From Candidatus Lustribacter sp. (GTDB lineage Bacteria > Vulcanimicrobiota > Vulcanimicrobiia > Vulcanimicrobiales > Vulcanimicrobiaceae), in assembly GCA_965277805.1 (NCBI GenBank), contig OZ255842.1, positions 1,280,001 through 1,344,000 on the forward strand: a stretch of DNA of 64,000 nt. The letters are read 5' to 3'. The notes beneath the pieces are model-generated. The model ran no database searches and was not told the DNA's origin. It saw only the letters and a list, made by a program, of their open reading frames with translations. Positions 10,710 to 25,514 of the stretch are shown here, piece after piece. Positions within the stretch are counted from its first letter, which is position 1, and each line of letters starts with the position of its first letter. A program made the position numbers and the translations under genes.

Positions 10710-11509
10710 TCGCCGCCGACGACCGGCTCGCGCGGCTCTTCGCCGCCGCGCGCGCGGAGAAGCGCGCGGCGCTGATCATCTACTTGGTCGCGGGCGACCC
10801 CGATCCGGCGACGACCGCGGCGGTGATCGACGCCATCTCGCCGTACGTCGACCTGATTGAGCTCGGTATCCCCTATGGTGATCCGCTCGCCGACGGCCCG
10901 ACGATCCAAGCCGCGGGCCAGCGCGCCCTCGCCGGCGGCATGACGCTCGATGGCGCGCTCGCTTTGACGCGCGGCGCGCGCGATCGCGGCAACGCGCCGA
11001 TCCTGTTCTTCAGCTACGTCAACCCGATCGTGCAGTACGGCGCCGAGCGTTTTGCCGCGGCCGCGCGCGAAGCGGGCGCACTCGGCGCGATCGTTCCCGA
11101 CGTTCCGCTCGAAGAGTTAGCGTCATTCGCGCCGGCGTTCCGCAGCGAAGGGCTCGCGATTCCGCTGCTGGTTGCGCCCACCACCCCGCCCGAACGCGCG
11201 GGCCGGATCGCCGCGGCCAGCGACGGCTTCGTCTATATCGTCTCGCGCCTGGGCGTGACCAGCGCCGGCCGCGAACCGGACATCGCGTGGATCCGCTCGT
11301 CGGTCGAGGCGTTGCGCGCGCAAACGCAGCGGCCGCTCGCGGTTGGTTTCGGGATTTCCACGCCGTCGCACGTTGCGGAGATCGGCGCGGTCGCCGACGG
11401 GGTGATCATCGGCAGCGCGTTCGTCGATGCGACGGCGGGGCTCCGCGGCCCCGACGCGGCGGCCGCCGCCCGCGCTTACGTTGCACCGTTGCGCGCCGCA
11501 TTGGGCTGA
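10706..11509 (+). CDS. trpA: Tryptophan synthase alpha chain
   Basis: [37 protein letters not shown]. Confidence 0.97.
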
Positions 11510-11588
11510 TCAGCCGGCAATCGTGGAGGAATCCGTCCGGGCCTAGCGGATTCGAGCGAATAATTCTTCACGCGCTCGGAGGGTCGAG

Positions 11589-12824
11589 ATGGGTTCTATT
11601 CGCGTTGGTGGTTTTCTAGCGCTCGCGATCGCGGTGGCGCTCGCCCTCACGGCCGCAGTACCCGCGCCGGCCGCGGCTGCAAACGGCACGATCGTATTCG
11701 GTGCGGCGCTCGCGGCGACGGGCTCGACGGCCCGCGAAGGCGAGCTGACCAAAGAAGGCTACGACTTCTGGAAAGACTACGTCAACGCGCACGGCGGCAT
11801 GAAGGTCGGCGGCAAGACCTACAACGTCGACATCAAGTACTACGACGATGAGTCGAACCCGCAAACCGCAGCCCGCTTGATCGAGAAGCTGGTCTCCGAA
11901 GACCACGTCAGCTTCATCCTCGGGCCGTACGGCTCGGCGAACTCCGCCACGGCCGCCGCGGCCGTCGAGCGCCTCAAGGTGCCGATGGTCGAGGGCAACG
12001 GCGCGGCCGCGAGCATCTTCAATCAGGGCTACAAGTACACGTTCGCCGTGCTGGCGCCCGGCTTCAAGTATCTGCAAGGCATCCTCGAGATGGCACGGAC
12101 GCTGAAACCCACGCCGAAAACCGTTGCGATCGCGACCGCGAATGACACGTTTTCGGTCGAGGTCGGCCAGGGTGCGGCCGATTACGCGAACGCGCACGGC
12201 ATGACGGTCGTGTACCAGAACAAATATCCGGCCGACACGACCGACGTCTCGGCAGTCGTTAGCGCGATCAAGGCAGTGAACCCGGATATGATCCTCAACG
12301 GCGGCCATCTCGATGAAGCGTTGCTGCTGCAGCGCACGTTCAAAGAGCAGAACGTCAACGCGAAGATCTTCGGCTATTCGGTCGGACCCGATACGCCGGA
12401 TTACCGCAAAACGCTCGGCAAGGACGCGAACTGGGTCTTCGGCGGCACGCAGTGGTCGCCGACCGCGAAGTACAAGGGCGCGCCGGGCTTCATCGGCGAT
12501 TCGAAAGTCTACGCGGCCGCGTTCAACAAGAAGTACGGCCACATTCCCGAGTACCACAACGCGGAGTCGACCGCGGCGTGCCTCGCGTTCATGTACGCGA
12601 TCGAGAAAGCGGGCTCGCTCGATCCGCAGAAGGTGCGCGACGCGCTGCAGTCCCTCGACGTCGTTACGTTCTACGGCATCCTCAAGTTCGACAGCCGCGG
12701 GATCAACGCGTACAAGCCGATGGCCGTCAACCAGATCCAGAACGGGCAGTTGATGACCGTCTGGCCGCTCGGCGTGCAGAACGCGAAGCCGGCGTACCCG
12801 ACGCCGCCGTGGAACGCCCGCTAG
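11589..12824 (+). CDS. Branched-chain amino acid-type ABC transporter substrate-binding protein
   Basis: Signal peptide; NAHGG..V.G, YYDDES, LGPYGS (LivJ/LivK-like fold); heads a liv-type operon. Confidence 0.9.
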   Translation: MGSIRVGGFLALAIAVALALTAAVPAPAAAANGTIVFGAALAATGSTAREGELTKEGYDFWKDYVNAHGGMKVGGKTYNVDIKYYDDESNPQTAARLIEKLVSEDHVSFILGPYGSANSATAAAAVERLKVPMVEGNGAAASIFNQGYKYTFAVLAPGFKYLQGILEMARTLKPTPKTVAIATANDTFSVEVGQGAADYANAHGMTVVYQNKYPADTTDVSAVVSAIKAVNPDMILNGGHLDEALLLQRTFKEQNVNAKIFGYSVGPDTPDYRKTLGKDANWVFGGTQWSPTAKYKGAPGFIGDSKVYAAAFNKKYGHIPEYHNAESTAACLAFMYAIEKAGSLDPQKVRDALQSLDVVTFYGILKFDSRGINAYKPMAVNQIQNGQLMTVWPLGVQNAKPAYPTPPWNAR

Positions 12825-12833
12825 CGGCCGAGC

Positions 12834-13700
12834 ATGGAACTGTTCGCGCAAGATCTCGTCAACGGAATCCTCGCTGGCGGGATTTTTGCCGTGGTGGCGC
12901 TGGGGTTCAGCCTCGTCTGGGGCATCACGAACATCATCAACCTGGCGCACGGCGCATTCATCATGATGGGCGCGTACACGTCCTACGTGCTGTTTTCAAC
13001 CTGGCACCTCGATCCATTTCTCAGCCTGCCGCTCGCCTTCGGCTTGCTCTACGTCTTCGGTTACTGCGTCCAGCGCTTCGTCATCAACTACGTCGTGCGC
13101 GCCCCGCTGCTCACGCCGTTTCTGCTGACGTTCGGCTTGTCGCTCTTGATCGTCAACGTGGCGCTGTTCATCTTTCACGGCGATACGAAGGGCATCACGA
13201 CGCAATACAGCGGCTCGAGCATTCAGCTCGGCGCCGTCAGCATCGCGTGGACGAAGCTCTGGACGCTGGTTGCGGCGCTCGTGATCACGGCCGCCATGCA
13301 AGCCTTTCTCACGACGAGCCGGACCGGCCGGGCGATTCGTGCGATGGCGATCGACATCGATGCGGCGCAGCTCTCGGGCGTGCGGGTCTCGCATCTCTAC
13401 GCGGTCGTGTTCGGTCTGGGCGCGGGCCTCGCGGGCGCGGCCGGCGTGCTGATCAGCCTGTCGTACAGCCTGCAGCCGTCGATGGGCGATCCGTTCGTCA
13501 TCACGGCGTTCGTGTGCTGCGTGCTCGGCGGATTGGGAACCGTGCAAGGCGCGCTCGTCGGCGGCCTGCTCTACGGCGTGCTCGAAGCGTTCGGGTCGCA
13601 GTACATCGGCACGGGGCTGCAGGACGCAGTGGCGCTGGTCGTGCTGCTGCTGGTGCTGATCGTCCGGCCGCGCGGCATTCTCGGTAAGGCCACGGCGTAG
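12834..13700 (+). CDS. livH: ABC transporter permease, LivH-like
   Basis: ALGFSLVWG..NIINLAHG, GRAIRA, VLGGLG. Confidence 0.9.
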   Translation: MELFAQDLVNGILAGGIFAVVALGFSLVWGITNIINLAHGAFIMMGAYTSYVLFSTWHLDPFLSLPLAFGLLYVFGYCVQRFVINYVVRAPLLTPFLLTFGLSLLIVNVALFIFHGDTKGITTQYSGSSIQLGAVSIAWTKLWTLVAALVITAAMQAFLTTSRTGRAIRAMAIDIDAAQLSGVRVSHLYAVVFGLGAGLAGAAGVLISLSYSLQPSMGDPFVITAFVCCVLGGLGTVQGALVGGLLYGVLEAFGSQYIGTGLQDAVALVVLLLVLIVRPRGILGKATA

Positions 13701-14659
13701 TGGGCGGTCTCACCGGCAACGCGACCGCCCTGCGAGTGACGGTCGCGATCCTCGTGCTGCTCGCATTCGTGCCCCTGCTGCATAGCGGTTACTACGAAAA
13801 TCTCGCGCGCGGCGTGCTGATGTTCGCAACGCTCAGCTTCGGCTGGAACATCCTCGGCGGCTATACCGGTTACGTCAGCTTCGGCAACGTGGTCTTTTTC
13901 GGTATCGGCACGTACACGTCGGCCGCGCTCTGGCAGCATTGGCACCAGCAGAGCATTCCGCTCGCGATCGGGATCGCGATCGTCGCGGCGGTGGTGTTCG
14001 CGGTCGTGCTGGGCATTCCGATCCTGCGCTTGCGCGGCCACTACTTCGCGATCGCCACGCTCGGAATCGCGCTTGCGACCGAAGAGATCGTTGCCAACAT
14101 CGACTGGCTGGGCGCCGGCAGCGGTCAGGCGATACGGCCGCTCGAGGCGTTTTCATCGTATTACGTGGCGATGTGGATTGTGTGCGCGGCGAGCATGCTG
14201 GCGACGTATCTCATCTCGCGCTCGAAGCTCGGCTACGCCTTCGTTGCGATTCGGGAGAACGAGGAAGCCGCGGCGGTGCTCGGCGTCGATGCCTGGCGCT
14301 ACAAGGTGATCGCGTGGGCGATCAGCGCCGCGATGGCGGCGGCCGCCGGTGCGGTGTTCGCGGGTGCCAACGGCTTTATCGATCCGCCGACCGCGTTCGC
14401 GACCGACGACAACGTGTTCCCGATCGTGATGGCGTTGCTGGGCGGCGTCGGTACGGTCGCCGGTCCGCTGATCGGCGCATTGATCCTCACCGCGATCAAC
14501 GAGACGTTGTGGAGTCACTTCCCGCAGATCCATACGCTGTTCTTCGGCGCGGTGATCGTGCTGGTCGTGCTCTTTCTCCCGCGCGGACTGCTGTGGCTGC
14601 TCAACACGCGCGGCGGCTGGCGCGGCATCGTTGCCCAACTCGGGGCCTACCGCGTATGA
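13700..14659 (+). CDS. livM: ABC transporter permease, LivM-like
   Basis: WNILGGYTGYVSFG, LRLRGHYFAIATL, AIRENEEAA, LLGGVGT. Confidence 0.9.
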   Translation: MGGLTGNATALRVTVAILVLLAFVPLLHSGYYENLARGVLMFATLSFGWNILGGYTGYVSFGNVVFFGIGTYTSAALWQHWHQQSIPLAIGIAIVAAVVFAVVLGIPILRLRGHYFAIATLGIALATEEIVANIDWLGAGSGQAIRPLEAFSSYYVAMWIVCAASMLATYLISRSKLGYAFVAIRENEEAAAVLGVDAWRYKVIAWAISAAMAAAAGAVFAGANGFIDPPTAFATDDNVFPIVMALLGGVGTVAGPLIGALILTAINETLWSHFPQIHTLFFGAVIVLVVLFLPRGLLWLLNTRGGWRGIVAQLGAYRV

Positions 14660-15423
14660 GCGAGGCATTTCTCTCGATCCAAAACGTGGCGATGCATTTC
14701 GGCGGCTTGCATGCGCTCGATGACGTCTCGTTCGAAGTCGAGCGGGGTTCCGTCGTCGGCTTGATCGGCCCCAACGGCAGCGGTAAGACCACGCTGATGA
14801 ACGTCGTCTCCGGCGTCTACAAACCGACGCACGGCAACGTGCTCTTCAAAGGGCAGCGCATCGCCGACGTCCCGGGCTACGCGGTGTGCCGTCTCGGCAT
14901 CGCCCGCACGTTTCAAGTCGTCAAACCGTTCGCCAACTTGACCGTGCGCGAGAACGTTGCGGTCGGCGCGATGTACGGTCGAAACGGCAGCAAGCGCAGC
15001 GCGAAAGAGTCGTTCGAACGCGCGCAGGAGCTGTGCGAAATCGTCGGCCTCTCGCACGCGGCCGGCCGGCTGGCGAGCGAGCTGACGGTTCCGAGCCGAA
15101 AACGTCTCGAGGTAGCGAAAGCCCTCGCGCTGGATCCCGAAGTGCTGCTGCTCGACGAGGTGATGGCCGGCCTCAACGCGACCGAAGTCGACGAGGCCCT
15201 GCGCCTCTTGCGCACGGTGAACGAAGGCGGCGTGACGCTGATCATCGTCGAGCATTTGATGAAAGCGATCGCTTCGATTTCGACTACGATCGTCGTGCTG
15301 GCCGAAGGGAAGAAGATTGCCCAAGGCGCGCCGGCCGAGGTGCTGGCGTCGCCGCGCGTCGTCGAAGCCTACCTGGGCACGCGCTACGCCGCCCGCCAAG
15401 CGCGACGGGAAGCTGCGCCGTGA
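14656..15423 (+). CDS. livG: ABC transporter ATP-binding protein, LivG-like
   Basis: Start ATG 14656; FGGLHALDDV, GPNGSGKT, GIARTFQ, LLDE, VEH. Confidence 0.92.
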   Translation: MSEAFLSIQNVAMHFGGLHALDDVSFEVERGSVVGLIGPNGSGKTTLMNVVSGVYKPTHGNVLFKGQRIADVPGYAVCRLGIARTFQVVKPFANLTVRENVAVGAMYGRNGSKRSAKESFERAQELCEIVGLSHAAGRLASELTVPSRKRLEVAKALALDPEVLLLDEVMAGLNATEVDEALRLLRTVNEGGVTLIIVEHLMKAIASISTTIVVLAEGKKIAQGAPAEVLASPRVVEAYLGTRYAARQARREAAP

Positions 15424-16127
15424 GTGTGCTGCGCGTCGATAACCTGAGCGCCGGCTACGGCGACACGCAGGTGTTGTGGGGCGTGTCGCTCGACGTGCAG
15501 CCGGGCGAGATCGTCGCGATCATCGGTTCCAATGGTGCCGGCAAATCGACGCTGCTCGGAGCGGTGAGCGGTCTCGTGCGAACGTGGTCCGGATCGGTGA
15601 GCTATGGCGAACGCGATCTTACCGGAGCGCCGGTCGATGCAATCGTCTCGGCCGGCATCGTACAGGTACCGCAAGGACGGCGTCTCTTCACCTCGATGTC
15701 GGTCGAAGAGAATCTGCTGATGGGTGGCTATCTGCGCCGCGACAAAGAGATTCGCAGCGATCTCGAAAAACTGCTCGACCTGCTGCCTCGCTTGCGCGAG
15801 CGGTTCGGCTATTTAGCCGGGAATCTCTCGGGCGGCGAACAACAGCAAGTCGCGATCGCGCGCGCGCTGATGGCGCGCCCGCAGGTGTTGCTGATCGATG
15901 AGATGTCGCTGGGCCTCTCGCCCGTGCTCGTCGACCAGCTGCTCGAGATCATCCGAACGATCCACGCCACCGGCGTCTCGATCGTCATGGTCGAGCAAGA
16001 CGTCGAAACCGCGCTCGAGATTTCCACACGCGCCTACGTCTTAGAAGCCGGGCGCTTCATCCTCGCCGGCCCGTCAACACAATTGCTCGACGACCCCAAA
16101 GTGAAAACAGCCTACCTCGGCGTGTAG
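15420..16127 (+). CDS. livF: ABC transporter ATP-binding protein, LivF-like
   Basis: Start GTG 15420; GSNGAGKST, LSGGEQQ, IDEMSLGL, VEQ, AYLG. Confidence 0.92.
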   Translation: MSVLRVDNLSAGYGDTQVLWGVSLDVQPGEIVAIIGSNGAGKSTLLGAVSGLVRTWSGSVSYGERDLTGAPVDAIVSAGIVQVPQGRRLFTSMSVEENLLMGGYLRRDKEIRSDLEKLLDLLPRLRERFGYLAGNLSGGEQQQVAIARALMARPQVLLIDEMSLGLSPVLVDQLLEIIRTIHATGVSIVMVEQDVETALEISTRAYVLEAGRFILAGPSTQLLDDPKVKTAYLGV

Positions 16128-16134
16128 ATTTTCG

Positions 16135-16980
16135 CTAGCGCGGCGTGGTCTTCTTCGGAACCGTCGGAAGCTGGTCGTGTTCCCATTCCATCCACGAACC
16201 ATCGTAGACGCCGACGTTGGTGAAGCCCGCTTCGCATAGCGCAATGTACGCGGCCGACGCGCCGACGCCGCTGCCGCACGAAACGATCGTGCGCTTCGTT
16301 TTATCCAAGCCGGCGCCGGCAATCAGCGCATCGAGCCGTTCGCGCTCGGCGAGGCGTCCGCCGCGTGCATCTTCGAACAGATCGCTCGCCGACAGACGGA
16401 TGTTGTTGGGAATATCGCGGTCGCGCTGCGCGTACGTTCCGTCGCGCTGCGTTTCGAGAAACTGCGCCGTACTACGGCCTTCGGCTACCGCGACGACGTC
16501 GTCGCGCGACGCCCGCAACTCCGGTCGCACCCGTGGCGTGAACGCGGCGCGCGGAAAGCGCGGTACTTCGGTCGTCAGCGGATGCCCCGCAGCGGTCCAG
16601 GCCGGCAAACCGCCCGCAAGAATTGCGACGTCGTCGTGCCCGTAGTAGCGCAGCATCCACACCAGGCGCGCGCCATAGGGCACGTTGCCTTCATCGTATG
16701 CGATCACGAGCGTGCCGTCGCCGATACCGCTTGCGCTCATGACGTCGGCGAAACGTTGCGGCGGCGCGACGCGTGCGGCGTAGGGCGTAGCGAGATCGTG
16801 CAGATCTTCCGCGTAGTCGAGGTGGATCGCGCCGGGGATATGACCGGCGGCGTACTGTTCGCGGCCTTCGGGCGCGACGACCGCTGCGCCGTGCGGCTTG
16901 CTGCGCGTGTCGACGATGCGAATGCGCGGATCGTCGAGGTGCGTCGCGAGCCACGCGACGTCGACAAAGGGAGAACTCAT
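16135..16980 (-). CDS. Sulfurtransferase (tandem rhodanese, SseA-like)
   Basis: Start ATG 16980 (MSSPFVDVAWL); GHIPGA, active-site loop CGSGV, VYDGSWMEW. Confidence 0.92.
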   Translation of the reverse strand: MSSPFVDVAWLATHLDDPRIRIVDTRSKPHGAAVVAPEGREQYAAGHIPGAIHLDYAEDLHDLATPYAARVAPPQRFADVMSASGIGDGTLVIAYDEGNVPYGARLVWMLRYYGHDDVAILAGGLPAWTAAGHPLTTEVPRFPRAAFTPRVRPELRASRDDVVAVAEGRSTAQFLETQRDGTYAQRDRDIPNNIRLSASDLFEDARGGRLAERERLDALIAGAGLDKTKRTIVSCGSGVGASAAYIALCEAGFTNVGVYDGSWMEWEHDQLPTVPKKTTPR

Positions 16981-16982
16981 CG

Positions 16983-18206
16983 TTATACCGCCACTGCGAG
17001 AGAACCGAGGTCGAAGCGTTTGGCCGCATCGTCCGCGATGTAGTTGCCGATCGCCAGCGACGACGTCGCGGCGGGAGAGGGTGCGTTGCGGACGTGCATG
17101 ACGCCGTCGCTGCCTTCGAAGACGAAGTCGTCGACCATCGAGCCGTCGGCCGCCATCGCTTGCGCGCGCACGCCCGAGGGCCCCGGCAGCGTATCGTCCG
17201 CGGTGAGCGACGGAATGTAACGTTGCAGCGCCTGCACGTAGGCGTCGCGGATCAGGTCGCGGTACATCTCGCCGGCGCCGGCCTGCCAATGTTTGATGGC
17301 GAGGCGGAAGAAGCCGGGATAGGTGACCGCGTCCCACAACTCCGGCGGGTTGATGTCCCAGAAGTTGTAGCCTTCGCGGGCGAAGGCCAGCACCGCGTTC
17401 GGCCCGAGCCAAATCGTCCCGTCCATGCGCGGCGTGAAGTGCACGCCGAGAAACGGGAAGTTCGGGTCGGGCACCGGATAGATGTTGCCCTGCACGAGAT
17501 GCTCTTTGCCCGGCTTGAGAATCAGGTAGTCGCCGCGGAAGGGGACGATCTTGGGATCGCGCGCGCCGTCGGTCATCCGCGCGAGCTTGTCGGAATAGAG
17601 CCCACCGCACGTAATGACGTACTTCGCCTGGATCTCACCCCGGCTGGTGGAGATCTTGGTCGCGCCGTTGCGGCGCTGGATGCCCGTGACCTCATGGCCG
17701 AGGTACATGTCGGCGCCGGACTCGCGAGCGTCGTCGGCATAGTGGCCGGCGACGCGGCCCCAGTCGACGATGCCGGTGACCGGCGAGAAGATCGCCCGCA
17801 GACCACTACAGTACGGCTCGCGTTCTTCGATCTGGCGCGCGTCGAGCAGCTCGAGGTTGGCGATGCCGTTCAGGCGGCCGCGCTCGTAAAGCTCTTCGAG
17901 ACGGCCGAGCTCTGACTCTTCGGTGGCCACGATCAGCTTGCCGACCATCTTATAAGGGATGTTCTTGGCATCGCAGTAGGCCCGCGCCAACACGTTGCCC
18001 TCGACGCAAAGACGCGCCTTGAGCGAGCCCGGCTTATAGTAAATCCCCGAGTGGATGACGCCACTGTTGTGGCCGGTCTGGTGCTTGTTGTACTCCGCCT
18101 CTTTCTCGACGTTGGCGAGTTTGAGGCGCGGATACCGCTGCAGCAGTTCGCGGGACGTGGCCAGCCCGACGATGCCGCCGCCGACGACGGCGATGTCATA
18201 AACCAT
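16983..18206 (-). CDS. lhgO: L-2-hydroxyglutarate oxidase
   Basis: Start ATG 18206; GGGIVG, HQTGHNSGVIHSGIYYKPGSLKA, FLGVHFTP, GVRAQA, NAPSPAATSSL. Confidence 0.94.
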   Translation of the reverse strand: MVYDIAVVGGGIVGLATSRELLQRYPRLKLANVEKEAEYNKHQTGHNSGVIHSGIYYKPGSLKARLCVEGNVLARAYCDAKNIPYKMVGKLIVATEESELGRLEELYERGRLNGIANLELLDARQIEEREPYCSGLRAIFSPVTGIVDWGRVAGHYADDARESGADMYLGHEVTGIQRRNGATKISTSRGEIQAKYVITCGGLYSDKLARMTDGARDPKIVPFRGDYLILKPGKEHLVQGNIYPVPDPNFPFLGVHFTPRMDGTIWLGPNAVLAFAREGYNFWDINPPELWDAVTYPGFFRLAIKHWQAGAGEMYRDLIRDAYVQALQRYIPSLTADDTLPGPSGVRAQAMAADGSMVDDFVFEGSDGVMHVRNAPSPAATSSLAIGNYIADDAAKRFDLGSLAVAV

Positions 18207-18334
18207 GGCGACTCCAGATTCCGAAGGCCCGTCGCGGCCCCTCCAATCGGTCCCGGTAAGCAACACCGGCAAGCCCTCGGCAAGACTGCGCCGGCTTGGC
18301 TATTCCCACATCCACACGTGCGCGGGGCATAACA

Positions 18335-18343
18335 TGTGGATAA
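18335..18343 (-). promoter_or_regulatory. Perfect DnaA box upstream of the rrn promoter
   Basis: TGTGGATAA is the reverse complement of TTATCCACA. Confidence 0.55.
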
Positions 18344-18361
18344 GAAAGAAGCCCCCAGGCC

Positions 18362-18391
18362 TTGACTTCATTTGCCTATATTTGGTATTCT
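18362..18391 (+). promoter_or_regulatory. Putative rrn sigma70 promoter
   Basis: TTGACT-N18-TATTCT with a TG extended -10 and an A-rich upstream segment. Confidence 0.7.
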
Positions 18392-18470
18392 AACCCTCGT
18401 TGACTCTGACGCCTTGCCCCTGTGGTGCGGTCGTTGATCCGGTCCAAAAAGGGCTGGGCGTAAGCGTCGG

Positions 18471-18495
18471 TTCCTTGAAAACTGAACAGTACAGT
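18471..18495 (+). promoter_or_regulatory. rrn leader boxA-like sequence and 5' strand of the 16S processing stem
   Basis: TTCCTTGAAAACTG recurs in the spacer (~20658). CTGAACAGTACAGT is complementary to ACTGTACTGTTCAG at 20558-20571. Confidence 0.75.
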
Positions 18496-18818
18496 AGCGC
18501 ATAAGTCTGTGGGTCTCTATGACCGACCAGGCATCATGCGCGGCGAAAGCCGCGTTTTTGTTTGGCCGGGTATTTGAGAACAAAATGATCGACGCGTCGT
18601 TTGGGATTCCGGCTCCACCGGTCCCCGATCGAACGTCGACCGTACAAAGAACTATGACAGCCGGCTCGATCGCAAGGTCGACGCCGAGCCGATCCGATTC
18701 GCAATCGGATCAAAAGCATTCATCCTTAGTGATAGGGATGGAAGCTTCGGGTAAATTTCGTTCAGAAATTTGCCCATGTCAGCGGCTAATAGAGCCTTCA
18801 AAAGGCTCCGTAAAGAAA

Positions 18819-20325
<1,507 letters not shown>

Positions 20326-20790
20326 AGTACATGTCATTGGATCTCGCCTAGCGCGATCGCAATGACGTACATTCTTAAGTCGACCACAGATGAACCAGAC
20401 GATCAGGGTTCCGCCGGCCAGTTATGGCTAAGGGGGGATGAGATTGAATGGTCGGATGTTTTCAGCATCCGCTGCGCGGCCCTCACTGTGAGGGTCTTTC
20501 ACGAAGGACGAATTTCGTAACAGAAATTCGCCCCTATGCCGGGTTCGCTCGGTAGAAACTGTACTGTTCAGCTTTGAGGGTTCGGACCCTCACGTTCCGT
20601 TGCCGGATCTTTTAAACGATGCCGGCACGGAGATTCGTGAGGAAGTCGACACCTCGATCCTTGAAAACTGCATAGAGAAGAACTTTCATGTGCCAAACAT
20701 GAAAAGCGGCCCGCCCGCAGAGGGTGGGTGCAATTTCGAGTAATGTGGCGCGTTCGAAAGAATGCGGCACAGATTCTTTGCGTCTTAGAA

Positions 20791-24133
<3,343 letters not shown>

Positions 24134-24242
24134 GACATACGCAAATACCTCGAAATAGACCGGTACATGAAAGTTCTTCTCTGTGCAGCTTTCCGCGTCG
24201 ATCGTCTTGAGCTCCGGCTCGACGTCTACGCGGGATCAGATT

Positions 24243-24358
24243 TCTGGCGGCCATAGCGTTGGGGTTCCACCCGTTCCCATCCCGAACACGGCAGTTAAGC
24301 CCAACAGCGTCGATGGTAGTCGGACCGCAGGGTCCCTCGAGAGTAGAACGTCGCCAGA
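24243..24358 (+). rRNA. rrf: 5S ribosomal RNA
   Basis: TCTGGCGGCCATAGC...CCCATCCCGAACACGGCAGTTAAGC...GATGGTAGT...GAGAGTAG..CGTCGCCAGA. Confidence 0.98.
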
Positions 24359-24373
24359 TTACTAACCGAATGC

Positions 24374-24414
24374 AGGCCGCCGATCAGCAATGATCGAGCG
24401 GCCTCTTCGTTTTT
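24374..24414 (+). terminator. Intrinsic terminator of the rrn operon
   Basis: AGGCCGC-CGATCA-GCAA-TGATCG-A-GCGGCCT followed by CTTCGTTTTT. Confidence 0.7.
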
Positions 24415-24439
24415 CCAGCTTCAGTCGAGGAGAAGTGCT

Positions 24440-25501
24440 TTGGTATCGAACGTGAAGCGCGCAGTTGCGCGCGCCGCCGTAATGGCCATTGCGCTTTCAC
24501 TCGCACTGGCTGCGCTGCCGGCCCATATTGCCATTGCTCAAGCGCGGCCCACTCCGGCGGCGACGTCGGCGGGTGCGCTCGAGCTGCAGCGGATCGACGC
24601 GTTCTGGTCGACGGGCCCACAGCAAGAGTGGTTCGAGCCGAGGTTCTTGCAGACGATTCCGTTTGGGATGATCGCGCCGATTCCCAAGCGCGTCACTGAT
24701 GGGCTCGGTGCGTATCGCCGGACGACCGGCTCGGGCGGCCGATACATTTCGGAGTTCGAGAAAGGCACGGTCGAGGCGCACATCCACATTGATGCGGAAG
24801 GCAAGATCGATAATTTCCGGCTCCTATCGCCGGTGCTGAAGGCGGGCGGCCTCGATGCTCCGGCAAAACAGCTCAGCGCTTTGCCCGGCAACATTGCCTA
24901 CGTGTTGATCGAAGATAACCGCGAGCGCGCGATGCAAAACCCGAACGTGGCGCTCGCTGCCGGTTCGGCTTCAAAGCTGCCGGTTTTGGCCGCTCTACGC
25001 GATCAGATCGCAACGGGTCGGCGGCACTGGAGCGACGTCGTTCCGCTGCAAGAACGCTGGAAGTCGTCTGGATCCGGGCCGTTGCAGTCGTGGCCGCCAG
25101 GAACGCCGATCACGATAGCAACCTATGCGGCGCAAATGATTTCCGTTAACGACACCACGGCAGCGACCGCGCTCGCATCGGTTGTCGGAGCGCCCGCGAT
25201 TGCACGATACGCGAGCCGGAACGCGCTCTTTTCTCCACGTGAATTGTGCGCGCTGATGGACAAGGTCTCGGATCTGCCGCTGATGACGATCAATCCCGGC
25301 GTAGCCGATCCGGCCAAGTTCGCGCGTCTCGCATTTATCGGCAGTACCGAGCCGGGTGCGCTCACATTCGTCACCGCCGTGGTGACGAAAGCGGGATCTC
25401 ACGCATGCTTGGCACTCACCGTCAACAACCTGAAGCAATCGATCAACGAGCAATCCGTCTCGCTTCCCTATGATGCGATGCTCGACGCCATCGCGGGCTA
25501 A
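24440..25501 (+). CDS. Secreted serine hydrolase (class A beta-lactamase-like fold) with N-terminal extra domain
   Basis: Signal peptide; SxxK in AAGSASKL; SVNDTTA and IGSTEPG sit where SDN and KGGSEPG are expected, so these motifs are degenerate. Start uncertain (GTG 24452 possible). Confidence 0.75.
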   Translation: MVSNVKRAVARAAVMAIALSLALAALPAHIAIAQARPTPAATSAGALELQRIDAFWSTGPQQEWFEPRFLQTIPFGMIAPIPKRVTDGLGAYRRTTGSGGRYISEFEKGTVEAHIHIDAEGKIDNFRLLSPVLKAGGLDAPAKQLSALPGNIAYVLIEDNRERAMQNPNVALAAGSASKLPVLAALRDQIATGRRHWSDVVPLQERWKSSGSGPLQSWPPGTPITIATYAAQMISVNDTTAATALASVVGAPAIARYASRNALFSPRELCALMDKVSDLPLMTINPGVADPAKFARLAFIGSTEPGALTFVTAVVTKAGSHACLALTVNNLKQSINEQSVSLPYDAMLDAIAG

Positions 25502-25514
25502 CCGTGCAGCGGAG

